NCBI RefSeq assembly: GCF_014396165.1
Contig: NZ_CP060715.1
Span: 1,260,001 to 1,292,000 of the forward strand
Direction of reading: 5' to 3'
DNA: 32,000 nt
DNA from: Erysipelothrix inopinata
GTDB taxonomy: Bacteria; Bacillota_I; Bacilli_A; Erysipelotrichales; Erysipelotrichaceae
Shown here: piece after piece, positions 24,201 to 32,000 of the stretch
Numbering within the stretch: the first letter of the stretch is position 1
How the letters are laid out: every line of letters begins with the position of its first letter
The notes under the pieces: generated by a model
Told to the model about the DNA's origin: nothing
Seen by the model: the letters and a program-made list of their open reading frames with translations, nothing else
Database searches by the model: none
Program-made: the position numbers and the translations under genes

Positions 24201-25313
24201 ATGGAATTTTTACTACAGGGATTTATGCAGGTTACCATTCCTCAACTTATTATGATGGGAATCGGTTGTGTGCTTATTTATCTAGGAATTGTGAAAGAGT
24301 ATGAACCAACACTTTTAGTTCCTATGGGGTTAGGAGCAATACTCGTTAACTTTCCAAACTCAGGATTGATTACTCAACCTGGAGGACCCGAAGGAGTCCT
24401 AAACATTCTCTTCAAAGCAGGGATTGAGACTGAACTGTTTCCCTTGCTGATATTCATTGGTATTGGAGCGATGATTGATTTTGGACCACTACTTCAAAAT
24501 CCATCAATGTTACTCTACGGTGCAGCAGCTCAATTTGGAATTTTCTTTACAGTTATCGTAGCTGTACTTGCAGGATTTACTTTACCACAATCCGCATCCA
24601 TTGGAATTATTGGTGCTGCCGATGGTCCAACCTCAATATTCGTTGCGAATAAATTAGCACCTGAATTGTTAGGGCCAATTACCGTTGCGGCATATTCATA
24701 TATGGCATTAGTACCTATTATTCAACCAGGTGCTATTAAATTGGTTACTACTAAAAAAGAACGTGCAATTAAAATGGAATATAAAGCAAGTGGTGTATCG
24801 AAACGTACAAAGATTTTATTCCCAATTGTAATCACAATTGTTGCGGGATTTATCTCACCAGTTTCACTTCCACTCGTAGGATTCCTCATGTTTGGTAACT
24901 TACTCAGAGAATGTGGTGTTCTCGATCGTCTGAGTACCACAGCTCAAAATGAATTGGTTAACTTAGTATCTATTCTTCTTGGATTCACCATTGCAGTTAA
25001 AATGACTGCAGATCAATTCCTTAATGTGCAAACATTGATGATTATTGGTTTTGGTCTTGTAGCATTTATTATGGATACTATCGGTGGTGTCTTATTTGCA
25101 AAATTCTTGAATTTATTTAGAAAAGAAAAAATCAATCCAATGATTGGTGCAGCAGGAATCTCAGCATTCCCAATGTCAGCACGTGTTGTTCAAAAACTAG
25201 CAACTGAAGAAGATCCGCAAAACTTCGTTCTCAACTATGCAATTGGTGCAAACGTCTCCGGACAAATCGCATCCGTTATTGCTGGTGGAATGATCTTGAT
25301 GTTCTTTGCATAG
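24201..25313 (+). CDS. oadB: Na+-translocating oxaloacetate decarboxylase beta subunit
   Basis: 370 aa integral membrane protein with the OadB/MmdB/GcdB family pattern (GLGAILVN, IIGAADGPTSIF, IGAAGISAFPMSARV). Confidence 0.9.
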   Translation: MEFLLQGFMQVTIPQLIMMGIGCVLIYLGIVKEYEPTLLVPMGLGAILVNFPNSGLITQPGGPEGVLNILFKAGIETELFPLLIFIGIGAMIDFGPLLQNPSMLLYGAAAQFGIFFTVIVAVLAGFTLPQSASIGIIGAADGPTSIFVANKLAPELLGPITVAAYSYMALVPIIQPGAIKLVTTKKERAIKMEYKASGVSKRTKILFPIVITIVAGFISPVSLPLVGFLMFGNLLRECGVLDRLSTTAQNELVNLVSILLGFTIAVKMTADQFLNVQTLMIIGFGLVAFIMDTIGGVLFAKFLNLFRKEKINPMIGAAGISAFPMSARVVQKLATEEDPQNFVLNYAIGANVSGQIASVIAGGMILMFFA

Positions 25314-25328
25314 GGAAGGAGAATTACT

Positions 25329-25463
25329 ATGAATGTTGATATGAAATTAGTATATGAAGCATTACAGATTATGGTTGAAGGAATGGCAGGTATCTTTGCT
25401 GTTCTTGGTATTATTTATTTAGCGAGTGTTGCTTTATTAAAAATATTTCCTGAAGAAAAATAG
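25329..25463 (+). CDS. 44-aa single-TM peptide, OadG-family membrane-anchor-like (not in the supplied ORF track)
   Basis: GGAAGGAGA RBS 6 nt before ATG 25329. MNVDMKLVYEALQIMVEGMAGIFAVLGIIYLASVALLKIFPEEK matches the OadG N-terminal pattern (G-x-G-M-x-x-V-F). Fills the oadB-citC gap exactly. Confidence 0.55.
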   Translation: MNVDMKLVYEALQIMVEGMAGIFAVLGIIYLASVALLKIFPEEK

Positions 25464-25474
25464 GAGGAACGTCT

Positions 25475-26512
25475 ATGTCTGATATTCGTCGTATTCCTAC
25501 CAAGAGACATCGAGATGAATATGATCGATGGGTAGCATTTTTAAATGCTGCATCCATCCGTCATGAAGATAATGTCGATGCCACATATGGTGTTTATGAA
25601 GACAATCGTTTGATTGCAACAGGTTCAATATATCGAAATATCTTAAAATGTATTGCGGTATGTAAAGATTACACTGGAGGTCCGGTTCTGAATCAACTCA
25701 TCTCATTTTTAATGAGTGAGGTTATGGAACAGGGATATACCGCAGTTTATGTCTATACGAAACCTGAATCCGTAGTTTCATTTAAGTATCTCGGTTTCAA
25801 AGAAATCGCTACAGTTGAAGATCTTGTCTTTTTAGAAAAGGCAGTACATGGTTTTGATGAATACCTCAATAAGTTAAAAGAATTAGCACATGATAAACCA
25901 GATTCTTCTGCGATTGTTATGAATGCAAATCCTTTTACGAAAGGACATCAATACCTTGTTGAATATGCATCACAACATTCAGAACATGTTTATGTCTTTG
26001 TGTTATCAGAAGATATATCAGAGTTTCCAGCCGCTGTTCGATTCAACCTTGTGAAAGCAGGTACCGCACATCTGAAAAATGTTGAAGTCGTAGAGACGGG
26101 AAATTATATGGTATCAAGCCAAACATTTCCTTCCTACTTCCTCAAAGAAGAAGCAGATGTAACATACGTTCATGCATCCTTGGATGCAAGCATCTTCAGA
26201 CAAGTTGCTCAGGCGATGCATATTACGAAACGCTTTGTTGGCGAAGAACCTTATTCACAAGCAACAGCCATTTACAATCAAGCCCTATCAAGTATTCTTA
26301 ATTCGGAAATAGAGTTGGAAATTATACCACGTAAAGAATTTGATCATGAGGTAATCAGTGCTTCACGAGTACGGAAAGCCTTAAAGATCAATGACCTAGA
26401 AACCGTTAAGAAATTGGTTCCTGAAACAACACTAGAGTATTTAGTATCTGATGAAGGTCAACACCTTGTTCATGAATTACGAAATGGAGGAAAGTACCAT
26501 GACAAAGTTTGA
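25475..26512 (+). CDS. citC: [Citrate (pro-3S)-lyase] ligase
   Basis: 345 aa. GNAT-like N-domain plus the adenylyltransferase motif [18 protein letters not shown]. Confidence 0.9.
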   Translation: MSDIRRIPTKRHRDEYDRWVAFLNAASIRHEDNVDATYGVYEDNRLIATGSIYRNILKCIAVCKDYTGGPVLNQLISFLMSEVMEQGYTAVYVYTKPESVVSFKYLGFKEIATVEDLVFLEKAVHGFDEYLNKLKELAHDKPDSSAIVMNANPFTKGHQYLVEYASQHSEHVYVFVLSEDISEFPAAVRFNLVKAGTAHLKNVEVVETGNYMVSSQTFPSYFLKEEADVTYVHASLDASIFRQVAQAMHITKRFVGEEPYSQATAIYNQALSSILNSEIELEIIPRKEFDHEVISASRVRKALKINDLETVKKLVPETTLEYLVSDEGQHLVHELRNGGKYHDKV

Positions 26513-26819
26513 AATTAAAAATCCTGCTGTAGCAGGAACATTAGAATCATCTGATTTACAAATAATGATTGATAGTAATGAAGGAAAAGGAATTGAAATT
26601 GATTTACAAAGTAGCGTCGAGTTCCAATTTGGGAAACAAATTCGTAAAGTAGTTTTAGAAACACTTGCGAATATGGGTGTTACAGATGCTAAGGTATCAA
26701 TTGTTGATAAAGGTGCCTTAGATTGTACAATCAAAGCACGTACTATTGCTGTTGTTCACCGCGCTGCGGGACAAGTAGAATCGATTAACTGGGAGGAAAT
26801 TGAAACATGGAACGTTTAA
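26499..26819 (+). CDS. citD: Citrate lyase acyl carrier protein (gamma subunit)
   Basis: Start ATG 26499 (GGAGGAAAG RBS; the ORF-track start 26451 is an extension). [13 protein letters not shown] carries the prosthetic-group serine. Confidence 0.85.
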   Translation: MTKFEIKNPAVAGTLESSDLQIMIDSNEGKGIEIDLQSSVEFQFGKQIRKVVLETLANMGVTDAKVSIVDKGALDCTIKARTIAVVHRAAGQVESINWEEIETWNV

Positions 26820-27703
26820 GAAGAACGATGATGTTCATTCCAGCAAGTAATCCTGGAATGTTACGTGATGCTAACTTGTATGGAGCGGACTCCATTATGT
26901 TTGACCTTGAAGATTCAATCTCATTAAAAGAAAAAGATACATCACGATTTTTAGTTTATCAAGCAGTGAAAACATTAGATTTTGGGGATACAGAAACACT
27001 CGTAAGAATTAACGATTTAGAACAAGGTGGTCGCGATGATATCAATGCGATGGTTCGTGCTGGTATCGATGTAATTCGTCTTCCTAAAACTGAATCAGCA
27101 GATGATGTTCATGCTGTTGAAGCAGTTATTGAAGAAGTTGAAAAGAAATGTGGACGTGAAGTTGGATCCACAAAAATCTTTGCAGCCATCGAGGGACCTC
27201 AAGGTGTTCTTAATGCATTAAGTATTGCGACATCAAGCCCACGTGTTGTAGGGATAGCTCTAGGTGCTGAAGACTACGTTACTGCAATGAAAACACGTCG
27301 TTACCCAGAACGTAACAGTGATGAAATTTTCTTTGCACGCTCAATGATTGTTCATGCAGCTCGTGCAGCAGGTATTGCAGCTGTTGATACTGTTTTCTCA
27401 GATGTTAATGATTCCGAAACACTTCGTCGTGAAGCAGAGTTTATCCGTCAAATTGGATTTGATGGAAAATCTGTTATTAATCCACGTCAAATTCCGGTTG
27501 TAAACTCTGTATTTAGACCAACAGACAAAGAAATCCGCAATGCTTTAGACGTTATTGATGCTATCAATGAAGCTGAGGCAAAAGGATCAGGTGTTGTAGC
27601 TCTAAACGGTAAGATGATCGATAAACCAATTGTTGAACGTGCAGAACGTGTCTTAATGCTTGCGCGTGCAGCGGGAATTGATGTAGAAGGGAAAGGGGAA
27701 TAA
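26807..27703 (+). CDS. citE: Citrate lyase beta subunit (citryl-CoA lyase)
   Basis: 298 aa. [35 protein letters not shown]. Confidence 0.9.
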   Translation: MERLRRTMMFIPASNPGMLRDANLYGADSIMFDLEDSISLKEKDTSRFLVYQAVKTLDFGDTETLVRINDLEQGGRDDINAMVRAGIDVIRLPKTESADDVHAVEAVIEEVEKKCGREVGSTKIFAAIEGPQGVLNALSIATSSPRVVGIALGAEDYVTAMKTRRYPERNSDEIFFARSMIVHAARAAGIAAVDTVFSDVNDSETLRREAEFIRQIGFDGKSVINPRQIPVVNSVFRPTDKEIRNALDVIDAINEAEAKGSGVVALNGKMIDKPIVERAERVLMLARAAGIDVEGKGE

Positions 27704-27705
27704 TC

Positions 27706-29247
27706 ATGAGTGTAAATAAATTAGGTCGTAAAATACCACAAGAATATGCAGATAAATACGGTTTGTTTGTCGATCAATTTGATCGTAAACCGACTTATCG
27801 TCGTAATAGTGCGAGTGTTACCGCAGTTTTACCAGGGGAAACAAAGCTCCGCGATTCAATTAAAGATGTTATTATCGAATCAGGACTTAAAGATGGCATG
27901 ACAGTTTCATTCCACCACCATTTCCGTGAAGGTGACTATGTCTTAAATATGGTTATGGAAGAAATTGCGAAGTTAGGTATTAAAAATCTGACATTAGCAT
28001 CAAGTTCAATTGCTAATGTTCATGAACCAATTATTGAACATATCAAAAATGGTGTCATTACTAATATTACATCAAGCGGTCTTCGTGATAAAGTTGGTGC
28101 GGCTATATCATCCGGAATTATGGAAAATCCAGTTGTTATCCGTTCTCACGGTGGTCGAGCTCGTGCGATTGAAATGGGAGATATTAAGATTGATGTCGCA
28201 TTCTTAGGAGCATCCAGCTGTGATGAATATGGAAATGCTAACGGATCACATGGTAAATCAGCATGTGGATCACTTGGATATGCGCGAGTTGATGCTGAAT
28301 TTGCTGACAAGGTTGTTATCATTACAGACAATTTAGTAGCTTATCCTAACACACCAATTAGTATTCCTCAAAACCATGTTGACTATGTTGTTGTTGTCGA
28401 TGCAATCGGTGATCCAAATGGGATTGCTAAGGGTGCAACACGATTCACAACAGATCCTAAAGAATTGTTGATTGCTGAGTACGCAAGCAAGGTTATTGTT
28501 CAATCACCTTACTTTAAACCAGGATTCTCATTCCAAGCAGGATCGGGTGGATCAGCACTTGCTGTTGCTCGTTATCTTAAAGAAACAATGATTGAAAAAG
28601 ACGTCAAGGCAGGATTTGCATTGGGTGGTCTTACCGCTCACTTATGTGAAATGCATGAAGAAGGTCTTATTGACACAATTATTGATACTCAATCCTTTGA
28701 TAGAGGAGCAATTGAATCTATTAAAAATAATGACAAACACTATGAAATTAGTGCTTCAATGTATGCAAACCCAGGTAACAAGGGAGCATCAGTTAACTTA
28801 TTAGATATTGTAGTTCTTTCAGCACTTGAAGTTGATACCAAATTTAATGTTAACGTTATGACAGGATCCGATGGTGTTATTCGTGGTGCGTCAGGTGGAC
28901 ACAGTGACACAGCCGCAGCGTCAAAATTAAGCATTATTCTATCACCAATTGTTCGAGGACGTATCCCAACAATCGTTGATGATGTTAATACCGTTATTAC
29001 ACCAGGTCAATCTATTGATGTTGTTGTTACTGAAATTGGTATTGCAATTAATCCACTTCGTACAGACCTCATTGAATGCTTCAAAGGTTCAGATATTCCT
29101 CAATTTACTATCGAAGAACTTAAAGAAAAAGCTTATTCAATCGTAGGAAATCCAGAACCTATTCAATATGGTGAGAAAGTTGTAGCTTTAATTGAATATC
29201 GAGATGGAAGTTTGATTGATGCAGTTTGTCAGGTAGAACGTGACTAA
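27706..29247 (+). CDS. citF: Citrate lyase alpha subunit (citrate CoA-transferase)
   Basis: 513 aa. Full-length CitF-type sequence immediately after citE. Confidence 0.9.
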   Translation: MSVNKLGRKIPQEYADKYGLFVDQFDRKPTYRRNSASVTAVLPGETKLRDSIKDVIIESGLKDGMTVSFHHHFREGDYVLNMVMEEIAKLGIKNLTLASSSIANVHEPIIEHIKNGVITNITSSGLRDKVGAAISSGIMENPVVIRSHGGRARAIEMGDIKIDVAFLGASSCDEYGNANGSHGKSACGSLGYARVDAEFADKVVIITDNLVAYPNTPISIPQNHVDYVVVVDAIGDPNGIAKGATRFTTDPKELLIAEYASKVIVQSPYFKPGFSFQAGSGGSALAVARYLKETMIEKDVKAGFALGGLTAHLCEMHEEGLIDTIIDTQSFDRGAIESIKNNDKHYEISASMYANPGNKGASVNLLDIVVLSALEVDTKFNVNVMTGSDGVIRGASGGHSDTAAASKLSIILSPIVRGRIPTIVDDVNTVITPGQSIDVVVTEIGIAINPLRTDLIECFKGSDIPQFTIEELKEKAYSIVGNPEPIQYGEKVVALIEYRDGSLIDAVCQVERD

Positions 29248-29827
29248 TTACCATCTTCATCAAACCATCGATGATGCCTTTGTGAGTGGAACTGCTCCAA
29301 CATTGGAAGCAGTTTTACGCCACAGAGAAAATAGAATTAATTTTCTTGATACTTTAATTAATAAATATTCGAATTTTGCTTTAATTTGTACGAAAGTTAA
29401 TATGCCGGGTTCAATTAAAAATAATGAACTGGTTCAAACGCTCATGCAGTATGCAAGTGAAATGTTAATGAATACTTTAAGTGATAACAACCTGGAAGTT
29501 ATTTATGAAAAATGGATTAACTTAGAAACAGGCTGTGAATTAATTCAAGTTGTTGATGGAATATCAGGAATTGAACTTAAAAATTTGATGATTGATCTTG
29601 AAGAATCGTGGGGATTAGGTCGTTTGTTTGATTTTGATGTCTATACTACAAAGGGAGCAATTTCGCGTGAAGATTTAAACGTTGGAGTGCGAAAGTGTCT
29701 TGTTTGTGATTTACCATCAAAAGTATGCGGACGGGATCGAACCCACTCAGTTGAAGCATTACATCACGAAATGAAAAAAATAATACTCAATGAAGGGAGA
29801 GTGACCTTTGATGACACAACAGGTTAA
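29240..29827 (+). CDS. citX: Apo-citrate lyase phosphoribosyl-dephospho-CoA transferase (holo-ACP synthase)
   Basis: 195 aa. [19 protein letters not shown] and LFDFDVY are CitX-like. Position after citF. The GTG 29240 start is uncertain. Confidence 0.75.
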   Translation: MTNYHLHQTIDDAFVSGTAPTLEAVLRHRENRINFLDTLINKYSNFALICTKVNMPGSIKNNELVQTLMQYASEMLMNTLSDNNLEVIYEKWINLETGCELIQVVDGISGIELKNLMIDLEESWGLGRLFDFDVYTTKGAISREDLNVGVRKCLVCDLPSKVCGRDRTHSVEALHHEMKKIILNEGRVTFDDTTG

Positions 29828-30722
29828 AATTACAGATACGATTCTAAGAGATGCCCATCAAAGTCAAATTGCTACGCGAATGACAACAGAACAAATGCTG
29901 CCAGTTCTTGAAACACTAGACCATGCAGGATTTGAAAGTCTCGAAGTTTGGGGTGGTGCGACTTTTGATTCGTGTCTCCGTTATCTTAATGAAGACCCAT
30001 GGGAACGTCTTCGAACCATTCGAAAACATGTAAAGAATACTAAATTACAAATGCTTTTAAGAGGTCAAAATCTCTTGGGATACAAACATTATTCAGATGA
30101 TGTGGTAGATGCATTTATTCAAAAATCGATAGAAAATGGGATTGATGTTATTCGATGCTTTGATGCATTGAATGATTTACGAAATCTTAAACAATCGGTT
30201 GATTCAATTAATAAATATGGTGGTCATGCACAAATGACTATTTGCTATACCATTAGTGATATTCATACAGATGAATACTATGTCGAATTGGTTAAAGAAA
30301 TGGAAAAAATGGGAGCTCATTCTATTTGTGTTAAGGATATGGCGGGTATTTTAACACCGGCACGTGCCTCAACACTTATTAAAGCACTCAAGGAAGTTAC
30401 AAAATTACCAATTCATGTGCATACTCATGCTACCAGTGGGATTGCTGAGATGACATACCTCAAGGCTGTCGAAGCAGGGGCGGATGTTATTGATACTGCT
30501 AACTCATCGTTTGCGGGAGGAACAAGTCAACCGTCAACGGAAGCAATGGTTATTGTGCTTAGAGAACTTGGATACCAAGTTGATGTAAGTCTTGAAGATT
30601 GCCAAGAAGTATCGGAATACTTCAAAGGCGTGAAAGAAAGCTTTATTGAAAGTGGCGTCTTTAATCCAAAAGTTCTTGAAACAGATCCTAATACGCTCAT
30701 TTATCAAGTTCCTGGGGAATGA
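29811..30722 (+). CDS. oadA: Oxaloacetate decarboxylase alpha subunit (carboxyltransferase), N-terminal 303 aa; reading frame ends at a G4 run
   Basis: ITDTILRDAHQS, TIM-barrel carboxyltransferase, HVHTHATSG. Ends ...YQVPGE-TGA where homologues read ...QVPGGM(L/I)SN. Confidence 0.85.
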   Translation: MTQQVKITDTILRDAHQSQIATRMTTEQMLPVLETLDHAGFESLEVWGGATFDSCLRYLNEDPWERLRTIRKHVKNTKLQMLLRGQNLLGYKHYSDDVVDAFIQKSIENGIDVIRCFDALNDLRNLKQSVDSINKYGGHAQMTICYTISDIHTDEYYVELVKEMEKMGAHSICVKDMAGILTPARASTLIKALKEVTKLPIHVHTHATSGIAEMTYLKAVEAGADVIDTANSSFAGGTSQPSTEAMVIVLRELGYQVDVSLEDCQEVSEYFKGVKESFIESGVFNPKVLETDPNTLIYQVPGE

Positions 30723-31198
30723 TTTCAAATCTGTTATCACAACTGAAAGATGCGAAACAGCTTGATAAGTTCGAACAAGTACTTGCTGAAGTGCCTAAAG
30801 TTCGAGAAGAGATGGGATATCCACCTCTTGTAACGCCACTATCACAGATGGTTGGAACACAAGCTGTTATGAATGTTTTAAGTGGTGAACGTTATAAATT
30901 GATTCCAAATGAGATCAAAGACTATGTAAAAGGATATTATGGAAAATCACCCGGACCTATTTCAGAAGAAGTTCGTCAAAAAGTGATTGGAAATGACACG
31001 GATGTAATTACAGTCCGTCCAGCCGATCTTTTAAAACCATCTCTTGAACAATTTGAAATTGAATCAAAAGCATTCGCAACAAGCATGGAAGATGTATTAT
31101 CCTATGCATTATTCCCTCAAATTGCGACGCCTTTCTTGAAGAAGAAAAAAGATCCGTTCTACGATATACCTGAACAAAATGTCACCATTATTATTTAA
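30719..31198 (+). CDS. oadA: Oxaloacetate decarboxylase alpha subunit, C-terminal 159 aa (continuation in +1 frame; ATGA overlap)
   Basis: MISNLLSQLKDA...VLAEVPKVREEMGYPPLVTPLSQMVGTQAVMNVL continues the conserved OadA sequence. No biotinyl domain. Confidence 0.8.
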   Translation: MISNLLSQLKDAKQLDKFEQVLAEVPKVREEMGYPPLVTPLSQMVGTQAVMNVLSGERYKLIPNEIKDYVKGYYGKSPGPISEEVRQKVIGNDTDVITVRPADLLKPSLEQFEIESKAFATSMEDVLSYALFPQIATPFLKKKKDPFYDIPEQNVTIII

Positions 31199-31215
31199 TT
31201 GATAAACATAAGTAA

Positions 31216-31256
31216 AAAAAGGATTGTTTCCACAATTTGCGGATTCAATCCTTTTT
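31216..31256. terminator. Probable bidirectional terminator (oadA / histidine kinase)
   Basis: AAAAAGGATTG ... CAATCCTTTTT 11-bp stem but with a large 19-nt loop. Confidence 0.4.
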
Positions 31257-31299
31257 ATTATCTTTGCAAAGATATATTTATTATATGTGATACACCATC

Positions 31300-32000
31300 C
31301 TAAATGGGGATTCGTATCCAAAAGGTGGTACCGTGAGGATCACTGGACTTTACCCCATATTCAAATTTATGAAGGTCTAAAATATTCTTGACGATTGATA
31401 AACCAAGACCACTACCATATTGATCTCTTTGATGATCGTTGTTGCTTTGGTAATAGCGATGCCAAATTGATTCAAACTCAGATTCTGGAATCCCTTCACC
31501 ATAATCAATCACTTCTAATTGTATAAAGTTTGCTTTCGACTTCGCTTTAATACATAAATTACTATCAGTGTGGATAAGAGCATTATTCATGAGGTTATAG
31601 AGGACTTGTTCAAATTTGGATTCATCAACACTGACGATAATTTCGTCTGGAATATTCAATTCAATGAGTCGATTCGGATAGGTTTGTTGGAGTCTGCTCG
31701 TAATTGAAGCAATTTGTTGTGAAAGATTAATTTTTTGGATATCGAGTTGCATCATCCCGGATTGAATTTTTGATAAATCGAGCATATCTTCGACGAGTTT
31801 ACTGAGTTTGTGGGTTTCTTTAATAATAATCTGAAGGTTATTTTCGGTCATTTCATCGGGAAGATCTTTCATCATTTCGGCATAACCTCCAATCATTGTC
31901 AGAGGAGTCTTTAAATCATGACCAACATTAGCAAGCAGTTCATTTCGTAATTTTTCAATATTACTAAGTTCGATTCTCATTTTATTAAGGGTATCACTTA
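31300..32000 (-). CDS. Sensor histidine kinase, C-terminal catalytic part (5' end lies right of the window)
   Basis: Frame stays open to base 32000. H-box VGHDLKTPL, N-box LMNNALIHT, G1 DYGEGI, G2 GSGLGLSIV. Confidence 0.85.
   Translation of the reverse strand, partial: SDTLNKMRIELSNIEKLRNELLANVGHDLKTPLTMIGGYAEMMKDLPDEMTENNLQIIIKETHKLSKLVEDMLDLSKIQSGMMQLDIQKINLSQQIASITSRLQQTYPNRLIELNIPDEIIVSVDESKFEQVLYNLMNNALIHTDSNLCIKAKSKANFIQLEVIDYGEGIPESEFESIWHRYYQSNNDHQRDQYGSGLGLSIVKNILDLHKFEYGVKSSDPHGTTFWIRIPI

Noticed and set aside
25311-25331. Stop-codon read-through fusing oadB to the 44-aa ORF (both are in the same frame, separated by TAG plus 5 codons)
   Set aside because: The spacer is itself a strong RBS (GGAAGGAGA) at ideal distance from the ATG, so independent initiation is the simpler explanation.
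31300-32000. Histidine kinase as the dedicated citrate sensor (CitA/CitS-type)
   Set aside because: Only the catalytic half is visible, and its H-box (HDLKTPL) is of the OmpR-partner HisKA type rather than the CitA/DcuS type. It is convergent with oadA and separated from it by a terminator. The linkage to the cit locus is unproven.

Overview
Low-GC Bacillota-type chromosomal segment, densely coding on both strands. The left end holds the conserved ecfA2-ecfT-truA-rplM-rpsI block in Bacillus-like order, with a sigma-A promoter and a structured leader ahead of rplM. Downstream of rpsI is a ~1.9 kb decaying accessory patch. It contains a RhuM/Fic-Doc family gene broken by a frameshift and a nonsense codon, ~430 bp of ORF-free DNA that reads as IS3-family transposase debris on the minus strand, and a small 2-TM ORF. 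Next come a CPA2-type cation/H+ antiporter translationally coupled to a PII-like protein, a stand-alone tRNA-Ile(GAU)/tRNA-Ala(UGC) mini-operon, an AraC regulator divergent from an SDR/epimerase-like oxidoreductase, an XRE-HTH membrane protein, an OpuC-type compatible-solute ABC operon (minus strand) and a NitT/TauT-type ABC importer. From ~16.0 to 31.2 kb lies a citrate-fermentation locus resembling the Enterococcus faecalis cit/oad arrangement. Its order is: GntR (CitO-like) regulator and citG; a frameshifted membrane-protein gene; a divergent ATP-PEP-carboxykinase-family gene; a CitMHS citrate transporter; bioY-birA (minus); then an OadH-like gene, BCCP, oadB, a 44-aa OadG-like peptide missing from the ORF track, citCDEFX, and oadA split at a G4 run. 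The right end is the 3' part of a sensor histidine kinase (minus). I found no CRISPR array, rRNA, intact integrase/transposase or recognisable intact defence or toxin system, and I cannot honestly point to a clear-cut undescribed multi-gene system. The most noteworthy sequence-level observations are: (1) a phased AGTGT direct-repeat array recurring with identical 11/9-nt spacing upstream of three cit-locus transcription units; (2) oxaloacetate decarboxylase dispersed over five or six small ORFs, including an apparently split OadG; (3) a divergent PEPCK-family enzyme where E. faecalis has citM; (4) an antiporter/PII-like pair; (5) three gene disruptions that are each repaired by adding one base to a homopolymer run.
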